From Nitrosospira multiformis ATCC 25196 (GTDB taxonomy: Bacteria > Pseudomonadota > Gammaproteobacteria > Burkholderiales > Nitrosomonadaceae): a DNA stretch of 32,000 bases. Positions 11,592 to 21,629 of the stretch are shown in pieces. The notes beneath the pieces are model-generated. The model saw nothing but the letters and a program-made list of their open reading frames with translations, was not told where the DNA came from and did no database searches. A program made the translations under genes and the position numbers. The stretch lies in NCBI RefSeq assembly GCF_000196355.1, contig NC_007614.1:480001-512000 (forward strand). The letters are read 5' to 3'. Each line of letters opens with the position of its first letter. Position 1 is the first letter of the stretch.

Positions 11592-11671
11592 TTAACGTTT
11601 AAACCTCTGTAATGTTTGAAAGGTAAAGGGAGGAAGAACTTTCCTTCCTAAAGCTGGCTAAGGACTGGCAT

Positions 11672-12853
11672 TCAGATCAGTGCATCCGCTATCGACCACA
11701 CACCGTTTTCCGATACGAGTTTTTTATCGCAATTGAAGGAGCCGGCGTCATTCTCATGGCCGGGCAGGGCAACTATCACGATCTGGCCTTCGTTACGAAG
11801 CTGTTCGATTTTCTTTTCCAGCGCTTTGTCCTCCTTTATGAAAGGGGCCAGAATTCCTCTTGGATGAGAGTCCGAGGACATCAAACCGGATAACTCGCGC
11901 AGATCCATGCTGAAACCGGTTGCGGGTCGCGCTCTCCCGAATGCCTTTCCAACTTCGTCGTAGCGTCCACCCACTGCGATTGCATTGGGACAGTTGTCGG
12001 TATATGCGGCGAAGACCATGCCGCTGTGGTAATGATATCCGCGCAAGTCGGCGAGATCGAATGCCAATGTATCCACCAGCGGGCTCAATTCGCTCGCTAC
12101 CATTTCGAGTTCGTCCAGCGCCTTCATGATTCCTGGGTAGGACGGGAGGGCGCTGCGCGCCAATGTCAACACATTCTCGTCCCCGTAGAGCTCGGGTAGC
12201 AGCTGGAGCGCCTCCCGCACCGAAGCATCCACCTGTTTTTTCAGCCCGGCGCAGAGCTCCTTCAATGCTGCCTTATCCTTCCCCTGCAAGGCCCCGGACA
12301 ATTCCATTTCCAGGTCCGGGGAGATACCTGTACTTCTGATCAAGCCGCGAAATACCGCGACATGCCCGAGATCCAGGTGTATGTTTCCCACACCGGCGAT
12401 TGCGAGAGATTGCAGCATCAAACGCTGGATTTCCAGATCGCTTTCAAGTCCTTGATGACCGTAAAGTTCCGCACCGATCTGCAACGGTTCCCGGGTCCGA
12501 GTCAGGCCCGACGGCCGTGCGTGCAGCACGCTGCCCGCATAACAAAGTCGGGTAATGCCCTTCCGGTTCAGAAGGTGTGCATCGATGCGAGCCACCTGTG
12601 GCGTCATGTCCGCGCGCAAGCCCATCATGCGGCCGCTCAGTTGATCCACCACCTTAAGTACGCGCAAATTCATTTGCCCTCCGCTGCCAGTGAGAAGCGA
12701 TTCCACATATTCCAGCAACGGCGGCCCCACGAGTTCGTAGCCATTCACAAACAGCCAGTCCAATACCCGCCGGCGCATCATTTCTATCTTCAGCGCTTCA
12801 GCGGGCAGAATGTCCTCAATGTATTCGGGAAGAGCCCATGCACTCATATTCAT
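11672..12853 (-). CDS. hisZ: ATP phosphoribosyltransferase regulatory subunit (HisRS paralog)
   Basis: 393-aa ORF with a class-II aaRS-like catalytic core but no anticodon-binding domain. It sits immediately upstream of purA and downstream of hflC-yjeT, which is the usual beta-proteobacterial position of hisZ. Confidence 0.88.
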   Translation of the reverse strand: MNMSAWALPEYIEDILPAEALKIEMMRRRVLDWLFVNGYELVGPPLLEYVESLLTGSGGQMNLRVLKVVDQLSGRMMGLRADMTPQVARIDAHLLNRKGITRLCYAGSVLHARPSGLTRTREPLQIGAELYGHQGLESDLEIQRLMLQSLAIAGVGNIHLDLGHVAVFRGLIRSTGISPDLEMELSGALQGKDKAALKELCAGLKKQVDASVREALQLLPELYGDENVLTLARSALPSYPGIMKALDELEMVASELSPLVDTLAFDLADLRGYHYHSGMVFAAYTDNCPNAIAVGGRYDEVGKAFGRARPATGFSMDLRELSGLMSSDSHPRGILAPFIKEDKALEKKIEQLRNEGQIVIVALPGHENDAGSFNCDKKLVSENGVWSIADALI

Positions 12854-12907
12854 GTCGGGGTCGTGATCAAGACAGGATAAAGGCGGGTATGGAGGGTATG
12901 GAAAGAA

Positions 12908-13093
12908 TTATTTCACAAGATAGAGCAGGAGCAGCCCGACCAGCATGGAGGTCAAGCCGATAAAACGTATCTGGTTGTCGCCGGCTTCCGTCAGTTTCCT
13001 GAAAGCCTCACGCCATGCACCCGGCATCAGAAAGGGGAGCAGTCCTTCAAGCACCAGCATCAATGCAAAGGCCATTAACAGAGTGTCCCACAT
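12908..13093 (-). CDS. yjeT: Small membrane protein of the DUF2065 / YjeT family
   Basis: 61-aa ORF with two hydrophobic helices (MWDTLLMAFALMLVLEGLLPFLMPGAWREAF...LTSMLVGLLLLYLV). It has the conserved position downstream of hflC. Confidence 0.7.
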   Translation of the reverse strand: MWDTLLMAFALMLVLEGLLPFLMPGAWREAFRKLTEAGDNQIRFIGLTSMLVGLLLLYLVK

Positions 13094-13277
13094 ATTGGAA
13101 TAACCCGAACAGACTGGGCGCTTACCGCATCAGCCGGCATCGAAGCCGGTGTATGCCCAGAAATTCGCTGGAGAAATTGCCAGGAGTTGCCGCTCTATGT
13201 GGCATCATTTACCGCGAGGAAAAAAGCTGGAAAAGCGAGGAGCGATATCGGCCCCTGGAATTGCTGTCGGTACCCCC

Positions 13278-13311
13278 GAAGCAGCCCGCCGTATTCCCGG
13301 AAGGCTGCTTC
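13278..13311 (-). other. Stem-loop just downstream of hflC
   Basis: GAAGCAGCC-N16-GGCTGCTTC forms a 9-bp perfect stem, 28 nt after the hflC stop, inside an unusually long (245 bp) hflC-yjeT spacer. No U-tract follows. Confidence 0.45.
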
Positions 13312-13338
13312 ATCCGAATGAGCTATCTACCGGCACAT

Positions 13339-14217
13339 CTATTTCCCTCCGCGCCCCGAATTCCTCATATACTTGAAAAACTCGGAGGTCGGTTCCAGTA
13401 CCATGATATCGTTCTTGTTTTTGAAGATTTCCGTGTAGGCGTCGAGGCTGCGATAAAAGGAATAGAATTCCGGATTCGACTCGTAGGCGCTGGCATAAAT
13501 ACTCGCCGCTTTCGCATCGCCTTCACCCTTTATTTCCTGGGCTTTCCGGTAGGCTTCGGCAAGAACGACCTCGCGCTGGCGATCCGCATCCGCCCGAATC
13601 TTCTCGGATTCGGCGGCGCCGGTCGAGCGCAGTTCATTCGCCACACGTTTCCGCTCAGCCTCCATTCTGCGGTAGACGGATTCACTTACTTCCTGCGGCA
13701 GGTCCACTCTCTTCAAACGAACGTCTACGACTTCCACTCCGATTTTACGCGCATCCGCATCGGCCTTTTGCCGCATGATTTCCATGATTTTGTCGCGTTC
13801 GCCGGATACGACGTCATGTACCGTCCGGTTACCGAATTCATCACGCAAGCTGGAATTGACCGTTTGCGACAGACGCGTCTGGGCGAGCATCTCGTCCCCG
13901 CGCACGCTGACATAGTATTGCTTGACGTCCACGATACGCCACTTCACGAACAGATCCACCAGAACGTTCTTTTTTTCGGACGTTATGAAGCGTTCCGGCT
14001 CGGCCGTATCCAGCGTCAGAATGCGCGAGTCAAAGTAGCGCACGTTCTGCGCCAGCGGGATTTTGAAATAAAGACCCGGAGATGTCTTTACATCCACCAC
14101 TTCACCCAACTGGAACAGAATCGCCTGCTGCCGCTGGTCGACTATATACAGTGACGAGCTTGCCACAAGAAACAGGATGATAAGGACAGTCAATAACATT
14201 GGAGTATAGTTTTTCAC
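13339..14217 (-). CDS. hflC: FtsH protease modulator HflC (SPFH/band-7 domain)
   Basis: 292-aa ORF with an N-terminal anchor helix followed by an SPFH domain. Its GTG start directly abuts the hflK stop. An alternative ATG lies 18 nt downstream. Confidence 0.94.
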   Translation of the reverse strand: MKNYTPMLLTVLIILFLVASSSLYIVDQRQQAILFQLGEVVDVKTSPGLYFKIPLAQNVRYFDSRILTLDTAEPERFITSEKKNVLVDLFVKWRIVDVKQYYVSVRGDEMLAQTRLSQTVNSSLRDEFGNRTVHDVVSGERDKIMEIMRQKADADARKIGVEVVDVRLKRVDLPQEVSESVYRRMEAERKRVANELRSTGAAESEKIRADADRQREVVLAEAYRKAQEIKGEGDAKAASIYASAYESNPEFYSFYRSLDAYTEIFKNKNDIMVLEPTSEFFKYMRNSGRGGK

Positions 14218-15417
14218 TTATCTTGTCTCCCGTTCGCGGCCACGAAATGCTTCCCGGGTGCGGGTAGCGGCATCGGCCGTAGGTTCCGGCGGCGACGCAA
14301 GCTGTGTCTCCGGCACTGTGCCAGAGGAGGAAGAAGGCCCGCTCATCTGTATGAGCTTGTCCAACGGCAGATAAAGAAGGTTATTGCCATTTTTCTGGTC
14401 CACGATAACTTTGCTTGTGTTGGAAAGCACCTGCTCCATCATATCCAGATAAAGCCGGTCACGCGTCACACCCGGTGCCTTGCTGTATTCAACGAGAACC
14501 TGCTTGAAGCGGCTCGCCTCACCTTCCGAACTCGCAATCACCCGTTGCTTGTACCCCTCAGCCTCTTCGAGGAGGCGGGCCGCATTACCTTTGGCCTTGG
14601 GAATCACGTCATTCGCATAGGCCTGGCCTTCGTTTTTCTGCCGTTCCCTATCCTGTCCGGCTTTGACGGCATCATCGAACGCCGCCTGGACCTGTTCGGG
14701 CGGTTGGGCGTTCTGCATCGTCACTTTGCTGATGGCGATGCCAATCTTGTAGCGATCAAGGATGTCCTGCATCAGCTCCGTGGCTTTTGCCGCCACTTGT
14801 TCACGCCCTTCATAGAGCACGAAGTCCATCTTGCTCTTTCCGATGATTTCCCGTATCGCGGTTTCCGCTGCTTGCAGCACGGCGTTTTCGGGGTCACGAT
14901 TGGTGAACAGGAAGTCCTCCGGATTTTTCAGGATGTATTGCACGGCGAACTGAATATCAATGATGTTCTCGTCGTCGGTCAACATGAGCGACTCCTTCAG
15001 CACCTTGCTCCGGACATTGTTACGATAGCCGATTTCAACAGTCCGCACCTGGCTTACGTTAACGGGTTCAACGACCTCGATAGGATAGGGCAGATGCCAG
15101 CGCAAGCCTGCCTGCGTACTCTCCACATATTTTCCGAACCGCAACACGATACCGCGCTGGCCCTCGTTGACGATATAAAATCCGCTTCCTATCCACAACA
15201 GCAGAAGCAATCCGGCAAGCAGGCCGGCGCCCCCACTGTATTTTTTGGGACCGGCCGGGGGGGCGCCTTCACCCCCTCCTGAACTGTCGCGCCTTCCTCC
15301 ACCCTTGCGCTTCAAAAGGTTGTTGAGCTTCTTGTTAAAATTTCGCCACAATTGATCCAGATCGGGTGGACCGGAATTGCCTTTTTTTCTTCCCCACTGA
15401 GGATCATTTAATCCCAT
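14218..15417 (-). CDS. hflK: FtsH protease modulator HflK (SPFH/band-7 domain)
   Basis: 399-aa ORF with a Gly-rich N-terminus, a single TM helix (GLLAGLLLLLWIGSGFYIV), an SPFH domain and a coiled-coil tail. It forms the hflK-hflC pair. Confidence 0.95.
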   Translation of the reverse strand: MGLNDPQWGRKKGNSGPPDLDQLWRNFNKKLNNLLKRKGGGRRDSSGGGEGAPPAGPKKYSGGAGLLAGLLLLLWIGSGFYIVNEGQRGIVLRFGKYVESTQAGLRWHLPYPIEVVEPVNVSQVRTVEIGYRNNVRSKVLKESLMLTDDENIIDIQFAVQYILKNPEDFLFTNRDPENAVLQAAETAIREIIGKSKMDFVLYEGREQVAAKATELMQDILDRYKIGIAISKVTMQNAQPPEQVQAAFDDAVKAGQDRERQKNEGQAYANDVIPKAKGNAARLLEEAEGYKQRVIASSEGEASRFKQVLVEYSKAPGVTRDRLYLDMMEQVLSNTSKVIVDQKNGNNLLYLPLDKLIQMSGPSSSSGTVPETQLASPPEPTADAATRTREAFRGRERETR

Positions 15418-15521
15418 GATGATTCCTATTTTTTTGTTTAATGGAGCAGACCATCAAACTCTACCGTGAAAAAACCCGAACCAGATTTGTGGAAAGCAAA
15501 AATTCCTGCGTTATTCGACAT

Positions 15522-16706
15522 TCAGTGATACCCGCTCGTTATATCCTGGGCTTCCGACTGATTATCGGGCTCTCGTAAAGCCGCGCGCTCCCCGAGTGCT
15601 TCGGACAATGCCAGATTGATAAATTCCAGCCCTTCGCCGGTTTTGGCGCTCAATCGAACTTGTACGATTCTACCATACTCGTCCCGCTGGTAACCCGGAG
15701 AGCTTGCCGGCAAATCGACCAGATCTGTCTTGTTCAGAACCAGTATTTGTGGAATGCGGTCAGCGCCGATTTCCTTCAGCACCTTGTTGACTTCATCAAT
15801 CTGTTCACTGCGATTGGAACTGCTGGTATCCACGACGTGGAGCAACAAATCCGCCTGCACCGTTTCTTCCAGTGTCGCCCGGAATGCTGCCACCAGCGTG
15901 TGCGGCAAGTCCCGGATAAAGCCTACCGTGTCGGAAAGTACGAGCGGCCCGCGATCCGCAATAAACAACTTGCGGGTGGTGGCATCAAGGGTTGCGAACA
16001 ACTGGTCAGCAACATAGGTGTGGCCGCGAGTGAGTCTATTGAAAAGAGTGGATTTGCCGGCATTGGTATAACCGACCAACGAAACGGACATCACTTGCGC
16101 ACGCCGCCTGGCGCGCCGTTGCAGGGCTCTTTGGCGCTCGAACTTGGCGAGCTTTTCTTTCAGCACCTTGACACGTTTTCCGAGCAGGCGGCGATCGGTT
16201 TCCAGCTGTGTTTCACCAGGGCCACGCAGGCCGATACCGCCCTTCTGCCGCTCCAGGTGTGTCCAGCCCCGCACCAGCCGCGTGGCCAGATGTTCGAGCT
16301 GGGCAAGTTCCACCTGCAACTTGCCTTCGTGGCTCTTTGCGCGCTGCGCGAAAATGTCCAGGATAAGGCTCGTGCGATCGATGACCCGCCGCCTGAGCCG
16401 CTGCTCCAGGTTACGCTGCTGGGCAGGCGAAAGATCATGATTGAAAATAACCAGCGAAGCGCCGGTCTGCTCCACCGCGCCCATTATTTCGTCAACTTTC
16501 CCGCTACCCGCGAAAGTCGCAGGGTCCGGGCGAAGCCGTTTCCCCAGCACTACAGCGGAAATTGCAAGGCGATCACTGGCGGCCAGTTGCCGTAATTCTT
16601 CGAGATTTTCTGCAGAGTCGCTGTCATTTAGATCGAGACTTACCAGAACAGCAGAATCAACAGCGGCGTGAGTGTCGGGCGCGTTCCCACTAGAGGAATC
16701 AAGCAT
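15522..16706 (-). CDS. hflX: Ribosome-associated GTPase HflX
   Basis: G motifs are [12 protein letters not shown] (G1), DTVGF (G3) and NKTD (G4), preceded by the HflX N-terminal domain. I prefer the ATG at 16706, which overlaps the hfq stop by 8 nt (ATGCTTGA). The track start at 16727 is a TTG. Confidence 0.93.
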   Translation of the reverse strand: MLDSSSGNAPDTHAAVDSAVLVSLDLNDSDSAENLEELRQLAASDRLAISAVVLGKRLRPDPATFAGSGKVDEIMGAVEQTGASLVIFNHDLSPAQQRNLEQRLRRRVIDRTSLILDIFAQRAKSHEGKLQVELAQLEHLATRLVRGWTHLERQKGGIGLRGPGETQLETDRRLLGKRVKVLKEKLAKFERQRALQRRARRRAQVMSVSLVGYTNAGKSTLFNRLTRGHTYVADQLFATLDATTRKLFIADRGPLVLSDTVGFIRDLPHTLVAAFRATLEETVQADLLLHVVDTSSSNRSEQIDEVNKVLKEIGADRIPQILVLNKTDLVDLPASSPGYQRDEYGRIVQVRLSAKTGEGLEFINLALSEALGERAALREPDNQSEAQDITSGYH

Positions 16707-16944
16707 CAGATATAGGGGGCGCCTCAAATGGAATGTTGACGGCTCTTGCGGGGACTACCGTAGAAATTGCGTGCTTGTAGACCATCTGGGTGACGGTATT
16801 CTTCAACAGCACTACATACTGATCGAATGAATCGATGTGCCCCTGCAGTTTGATTCCGTTTACCAGATAAATCGAAACCGGAATATGTTCCTTCCGCAAG
16901 GTATTCAGAAACGGGTCTTGTAACAATTGCCCTTTAGCGCTCAT
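16699..16944 (-). CDS. hfq: RNA chaperone Hfq
   Basis: 81-aa ORF. Sm1/Sm2 motifs are [39 protein letters not shown] and [20 protein letters not shown] lies upstream. Confidence 0.97.
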   Translation of the reverse strand: MSAKGQLLQDPFLNTLRKEHIPVSIYLVNGIKLQGHIDSFDQYVVLLKNTVTQMVYKHAISTVVPARAVNIPFEAPPISDA

Positions 16945-17198
16945 ACGTGACTCCGTGTTTTAATTATTCAAAAAATAAACTCTACTTGATTTTGAAGCGT
17001 AAATCCATATTCCTGCTGAGGTCCGTTGAAGGCCGAATCGGGCAGGTATAAAGAGTTATAGGTCAGTTTGCGCCTATTTCCAATATAAATATTCCGCCAA
17101 CTGTCAGGTATCCCATTGCTGCACTCCATCCGGCGCTGCATACAGCCCGGATAGAGTGCAAGCTTGTTTCTCTGCCGCTGAACAGAATCTCCCGTTGA

Positions 17199-18200
17199 TC
17201 AATCGAACGGATGAGGTTTGGGTGTATCCTTGCTCGAGGGGGGGAGAATAGGCAAGGTGAGATGGGGTTGTTTGCCGGTCAATGTCTTCAGAAATGCCAC
17301 GATTTTGGCATTTTCGTCCTTGGTGAAATTACGCCCCAATTGTATCCGGCCCATGGTATTTACCGCGTCTTCCAGGGTTGCCGCGGCCCCGTCATGGAAA
17401 TAGGGGTAGGTCAATTCCACATTTCGCAATGTAGGCACTTTGAAGAACAGGCGGTCCTCCTCTTTGCCGGTTACGGCAAAACGGCCTTCAGCCTTGCTCT
17501 GGGTTTTATAGGGTTCAAGTACGCCCATTTTCTGAAACGATGCCCCGCCTACGGCCGGTCCGTTGTGACAACCTGTGCAGCCCGCGTCCTTGAACAGTTT
17601 GTACCCTTCGAGTTCCGTCTTGTTGATGGCGTTCTTGTCGCCTTTGAGCCATTTGTCGAAACGGGAATCCGGCGTTACCAGTGTTTCTTCGAAGGCAGCG
17701 ATCGCGTCCGTTGCCATGCCTATATCGACCTTGTCCGAACTGTATATCTGCTTGAAGCGCGCCCTGTACTGGGGAATGGATTGCAGCACGCCCACTGCCA
17801 ATTCATGGCTGAATGCCATTTCCCCCGGATTGGCAATGGGACCGCCCGCCTGATCTTTCAGGTCCTTGGCGCGACCGTCCCAGAATTGGGCCAGACTCAG
17901 GCTGGAATTCAATACCGTGGGCGAATTGATCGGACCCTGGTGCCATTTGTGGCCAATGGATGAGGGGAGATTGTCGGATCCCCCCATACTCAGGTTGTGA
18001 CAGGAGTTGCACGAGATGAAGCCGGATTTGGAAAGACGGGGATCAAAAAAAAGCATTTTGCCCAGTTCCACCTTGTTTTCATTCTTGGGCTTGGCTGCCT
18101 CGATCGGTTTTATGGGTTCGTCGGCGGCAGCCGCCTGGGCAGGCGGAGCGACAATCGTTCCAACAGCTAGCAGCGACGTTATTAATGCCCGCAATATCAT
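17199..18200 (-). CDS. ccp: Periplasmic di-haem cytochrome c peroxidase (bacterial CCP/MauG family)
   Basis: 333-aa ORF with a signal peptide (…APPAQA), two CXXCH haem sites (CNSCH and CTGCH), and the conserved WDGRA and PTLRNV blocks. An AGGAGA RBS lies upstream. Confidence 0.9.
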   Translation of the reverse strand: MILRALITSLLAVGTIVAPPAQAAAADEPIKPIEAAKPKNENKVELGKMLFFDPRLSKSGFISCNSCHNLSMGGSDNLPSSIGHKWHQGPINSPTVLNSSLSLAQFWDGRAKDLKDQAGGPIANPGEMAFSHELAVGVLQSIPQYRARFKQIYSSDKVDIGMATDAIAAFEETLVTPDSRFDKWLKGDKNAINKTELEGYKLFKDAGCTGCHNGPAVGGASFQKMGVLEPYKTQSKAEGRFAVTGKEEDRLFFKVPTLRNVELTYPYFHDGAAATLEDAVNTMGRIQLGRNFTKDENAKIVAFLKTLTGKQPHLTLPILPPSSKDTPKPHPFD

Positions 18201-18350
18201 CGTAATCTCCTAAAAAGCTCGGCTGTAGTGGCGCAGCCGGTTACGCCTACATCGGAAAACTGAGGGCAGGGCTATCCGCCAGCTGGGGATGAACACAACT
18301 GTTCGCGAGTATATCCGATAGCCGCAATATCAATATTAAAGGTAGTGTGC

Positions 18351-18379
18351 GGCAGCTGGCAGCTTTGCTGTCAGCTGCC
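18351..18379. other. Strong inverted repeat (hairpin) in the rppH-ccp intergenic region
   Basis: The sequence is GGCAGCTGGCAGC-TTT-GCTGTCAGCTGCC. It forms a 13-bp stem with one G.T wobble and a 3-nt loop. No T/U tract follows on either strand. Confidence 0.6.
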
Positions 18380-18461
18380 TGATACGCATCAGTTCCCCTG
18401 CGGCGGCAGCGGCACCTGTGGCGGTGGTACTGTAACGAGCGCGTTTTTGCAATGCGATTGC

Positions 18462-19025
18462 TTATTCAGACTGCTTGGCGGTGCTGCCTGTAAGGGGCCC
18501 GCTGGCGGAATAGTCGTATTTTTCATATCCGCTATACCCGAAGGGAACAGGTGGACGATTCAGCAGACGTGCCAGTTCCGTCAGTGCCTGGCGGTAAACC
18601 TGGCGTTTAAACTCGACTACCGACTCCAACTCTACCCAGTACTGATTCCACCGCCATGCGTCAAATTCAGGACGTCCGCTGGTGTGGAGCGAAACGTCGC
18701 AATCGCTTCCCAGCAAGCGCAGCAGATACCAGATCTGTTTCTGCCCCCGGTAATTTCCTCGCCAGTCGCGTTTAATCCATTGGGCAGGTACATCGTATCG
18801 GAGCCAGTCGCGTGTGCGGCCGAGGATTTGCACGTGCCAAGGCCGTAAGCCTACTTCTTCGGTCAATTCACGATACATTGCTTGTTCCGGACTTTCGCCG
18901 GGCTTGATACCTCCCTGAGGAAATTGCCAGGAGTCCTGTCTGATGCGCTTGCCCCAAAAAACCTCGTTCTTCGAATTGAGTAGAATGATTCCTACATTTG
19001 AGCGATATCCATTACGGTCGATCAT
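18462..19025 (-). CDS. rppH: RNA pyrophosphohydrolase RppH (NudH)
   Basis: Nudix box is [23 protein letters not shown]. The N-terminus [15 protein letters not shown] matches the usual RppH start. I use the ATG at 19025, whereas the track begins 9 nt upstream at a GTG. Confidence 0.92.
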
Positions 19026-19227
19026 ATGATTCACCCGTTTGATCCTTCACGATAGGATTAGATTTTTCCACATTTCGTGCCGGATTGAAAGCTGTCGCTG
19101 GTCGGGGGGCATCGGGAGGAGTGGCGACTGCATTATTGTTTGAACACTTTGCTTTTCAGATTCCTCATAGCCAACCTGCGCTGCTTTTCAGAGTAAAATC
19201 GGAGATTGGACTTGTTATGGACAGAAT

Positions 19228-20937
19228 ATGCGAGCATCAGGTTTTTTCATTTCGACACTCAAGGAAGCCCCCGCCGAAGCGGAATTGATCAGCCACAAGC
19301 TGATGCTGAGGGCCGGTATCATCCGGCGGCTGGGGAGCGGTCTCTACACGTGGATGCCCCTCGGCTTGAAGGTTCTGCGCAAAGTTGAAAACATCGTGCG
19401 GGAGGAAATGGATGCCGCGGGCGCACTGGAACTGCTGATGCCGGCTGTGCAGCCTGCGGAGCTATGGCGGGAAACAGGGCGATGGGACGTCTTTGGTCCC
19501 CAGATGTTGAAAATTAGAGACAGACACGAGCGCGATTTCTGTTTTGGTCCAACCCATGAAGAGGTCATAACGGATATTGCACGGCGTGAAATCAAGAGTT
19601 ACCGGCAGTTACCTCTCAATTTTTATCAGATACAAACCAAATTTCGCGACGAGGTTCGCCCCCGCTTCGGCGTCATGCGCGCGCGCGAGTTCGTGATGAA
19701 AGATGCCTATTCGTTCCACACCGATATACCCAGCCTGGAAGAGACCTATCAGGCCATGCATGTGGCCTATTGCCGGATATTCGATCGCCTGGGGCTGAAG
19801 TTTCGTCCCGTCAAGGCCGATACGGGTGCGATTGGTGGCAGCAGTTCGCATGAATTTCATGTCCTGGCCGATTCCGGCGAAGACGCCATCGCTTTTTGTT
19901 CCGATTCCGATTACGCAGCGAACGTTGAAATGGCCGAGTCGTTGCCGCCAGCAGGACTGCGGGAGGCTGCGGCGGGCGAGATGCAGAAAGTGCGAACAAT
20001 CGCCCAAAAGACATGCGAAGAGGTTGCTGCCTATCTCAATGTATCCATCGAGCAGACGGTAAAAACGCTGGCGGTCATGGCCAATGGCGGAATGCATCTT
20101 TTGCTGCTGCGTGGCGATCATCATCTCAACGAGACAAAAGTTCGAAAGATTCCTTTTCTTTCCGATTTCCGGCTTGCCAGCGAAGAAGAAATTCGCACCG
20201 AAACAGGATGTCTTCCCGGGTTTATCGGCCCAGCCGGATTGTCTCTTCCGGTTATCGCAGACCTTACCGTAGCCACCATGAGTAACTTTGTGTGCGGCGC
20301 CAACGAAGAGGATTACCATCTCGTCAACGTCAATTTCGGGCGTGATCTGAAAGAGCCGGATCATGTTTTCGATATCCGCAACGTGGTTTCCGGTGACTTG
20401 TCGCCGGACGGAAAGGGTAAGCTGGAAATCTGTCGCGGCATAGAAGTCGGCCATATTTTCCAATTGCTCACAAAGTATTCGGAAGCGATGAAAGCCAATT
20501 ATCTCGATGAATCCGGGCAAGCGCGTCCCATGGAAATGGGCTGCTACGGGATCGGGGTTTCACGTATTGTGGCAGCTGCCATCGAGCAGAACCATGACGA
20601 GCGCGGCATTATATTTCCCGCGGCAATGGCGCCATTTCAGGTAGTCATCATTCCGATCGGGTTGAAGAAGAATGCAGAAGTGAGGGCTGAGGCGGAGAAA
20701 CTATACGCGACGCTTTCCAGTGTCGGCATCGAGGTTCTGCTCGACGACCGGGATGACCGCCCCGGTGTCATGTTCGCCGACATGGAACTGATCGGTATTC
20801 CTCACCGGGTTGTCGTCGGCGAGCGGGGCTTGAAGGAAGGAAATGCCGAGTATCGCGGGCGGCGTGACGAAAAATCGGAGGTCGTCCCCCTTCCCGAGAT
20901 CGCAGATTTTATAAAATCAAAATTAGCCGGGGGTTGA
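19228..20937 (+). CDS. proS: Prolyl-tRNA synthetase (bacterial type with INS editing domain)
   Basis: 569-aa ORF. The N-terminus [46 protein letters not shown] is colinear with bacterial ProS. Class-II motifs and the C-terminal anticodon-binding domain are present. Confidence 0.97.
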   Translation: MRASGFFISTLKEAPAEAELISHKLMLRAGIIRRLGSGLYTWMPLGLKVLRKVENIVREEMDAAGALELLMPAVQPAELWRETGRWDVFGPQMLKIRDRHERDFCFGPTHEEVITDIARREIKSYRQLPLNFYQIQTKFRDEVRPRFGVMRAREFVMKDAYSFHTDIPSLEETYQAMHVAYCRIFDRLGLKFRPVKADTGAIGGSSSHEFHVLADSGEDAIAFCSDSDYAANVEMAESLPPAGLREAAAGEMQKVRTIAQKTCEEVAAYLNVSIEQTVKTLAVMANGGMHLLLLRGDHHLNETKVRKIPFLSDFRLASEEEIRTETGCLPGFIGPAGLSLPVIADLTVATMSNFVCGANEEDYHLVNVNFGRDLKEPDHVFDIRNVVSGDLSPDGKGKLEICRGIEVGHIFQLLTKYSEAMKANYLDESGQARPMEMGCYGIGVSRIVAAAIEQNHDERGIIFPAAMAPFQVVIIPIGLKKNAEVRAEAEKLYATLSSVGIEVLLDDRDDRPGVMFADMELIGIPHRVVVGERGLKEGNAEYRGRRDEKSEVVPLPEIADFIKSKLAGG

Positions 20938-21060
20938 CGAGAGAACCTCCTCAGGTTTGCCGGCCTGATGGATGTTCAGCCCGACCGTAGGCCGATCCGA
21001 GGAGGGCAAGGCTGAGGGCTGGAGAATTTTGCTCCGCAGAGACTCAACCGATAACATCCC

Positions 21061-21603
21061 CTAACGTCCTTTTTGCTGCGCTTTTCCAGCAGGCTGGGAA
21101 TTCGGAATCTTGTTCGAATTCTCATCCATGAATTCTTCCAACGCTTCGCGGGACACAATCCCGATCTTATAAACGGCTGGTTTGCCTTCGGGATCGAAAA
21201 CATAGGTAGTCGGCAGCATGGAGACCGGGCCGACTTGGCGTGCCAGTTCCTGGTCACCCAACACGATCGGGTAGGTCACTGAAAGCCGTTTCGCATGTTT
21301 GAGCACAACGTCCGGGTTGCGATAATCCATCGCCACGCCGATCACCATTATGTCTTTTTTCCGACTTTCATAGAGGGAGACAAGATCAGGAATTTCCTTC
21401 AGGCATGGGGGACACCACGTGGCCCAGAAATTTACCAGCACCCATTTTCCCTTGAAATCGGAAAGGGACAGTTTCTTTCCGGTATGATCGGTAAAGGTAA
21501 AACCATAGGTTTGTGCAACCGGCACTGCTGAAAGCATGATCCATAAACAGAACCGATAAAGCAGAATACTCAAATGGCATCGTTTCATCTGACGTCGTTT
21601 CAT
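21061..21603 (-). CDS. Membrane-anchored/periplasmic thioredoxin-fold thiol:disulfide oxidoreductase (TlpA/ResA-like)
   Basis: 180-aa ORF with an N-terminal hydrophobic anchor, the active site FWATWCPPC, and a thioredoxin fold of typical length. A GGAGA RBS lies upstream. Confidence 0.85.
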   Translation of the reverse strand: MKRRQMKRCHLSILLYRFCLWIMLSAVPVAQTYGFTFTDHTGKKLSLSDFKGKWVLVNFWATWCPPCLKEIPDLVSLYESRKKDIMVIGVAMDYRNPDVVLKHAKRLSVTYPIVLGDQELARQVGPVSMLPTTYVFDPEGKPAVYKIGIVSREALEEFMDENSNKIPNSQPAGKAQQKGR

Positions 21604-21629
21604 TTCTCCAACAACTCCCCCAATCTTTG

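Noticed and set aside
13015-14154. A 379-aa plus-strand ORF covering the hflC-yjeT spacer and most of hflC in antisense.
   Set aside because: The opposite strand encodes an unmistakable HflC (SPFH domain, correct operon context). The antisense product is Arg/His/Phe-rich with no recognisable motif. This is the typical shadow ORF generated by codon bias.
15660-16595. A 311-aa ORF antisense to hflX. The same class includes 5368-6120 (antisense to ilvA), 17211-17963 (ccp), 19609-20520 (proS), 10287-10958 (purA), 14545-15282 (hflK), and 29138-29866 and 29966-30850 (coxA).
   Set aside because: Each overlaps a gene with clear family motifs on the other strand. The translated products are low-complexity or Arg/Gly/His-rich and carry no signature. 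I treat them all as antisense shadow ORFs.
18300-18350. I looked for an FNR/CRP-type palindrome (TTGAT-N4-ATCAA) upstream of the peroxidase gene and noticed AATATCAATATT.
   Set aside because: The element is a short direct repeat (AATAT x2), not an inverted repeat, and it does not match the FNR consensus. I make no regulatory call.
20946-21005. Nested inverted repeats between the convergent proS and TlpA-like genes, considered as a bidirectional terminator. The pairs are CCTCCTC...GAGGAGG and an inner CGGCCT...AGGCCG.
   Set aside because: The outer stem encloses 46 nt, the stems are short (6-7 bp), and neither strand has a following T-run. The evidence is not strong enough to call a terminator.
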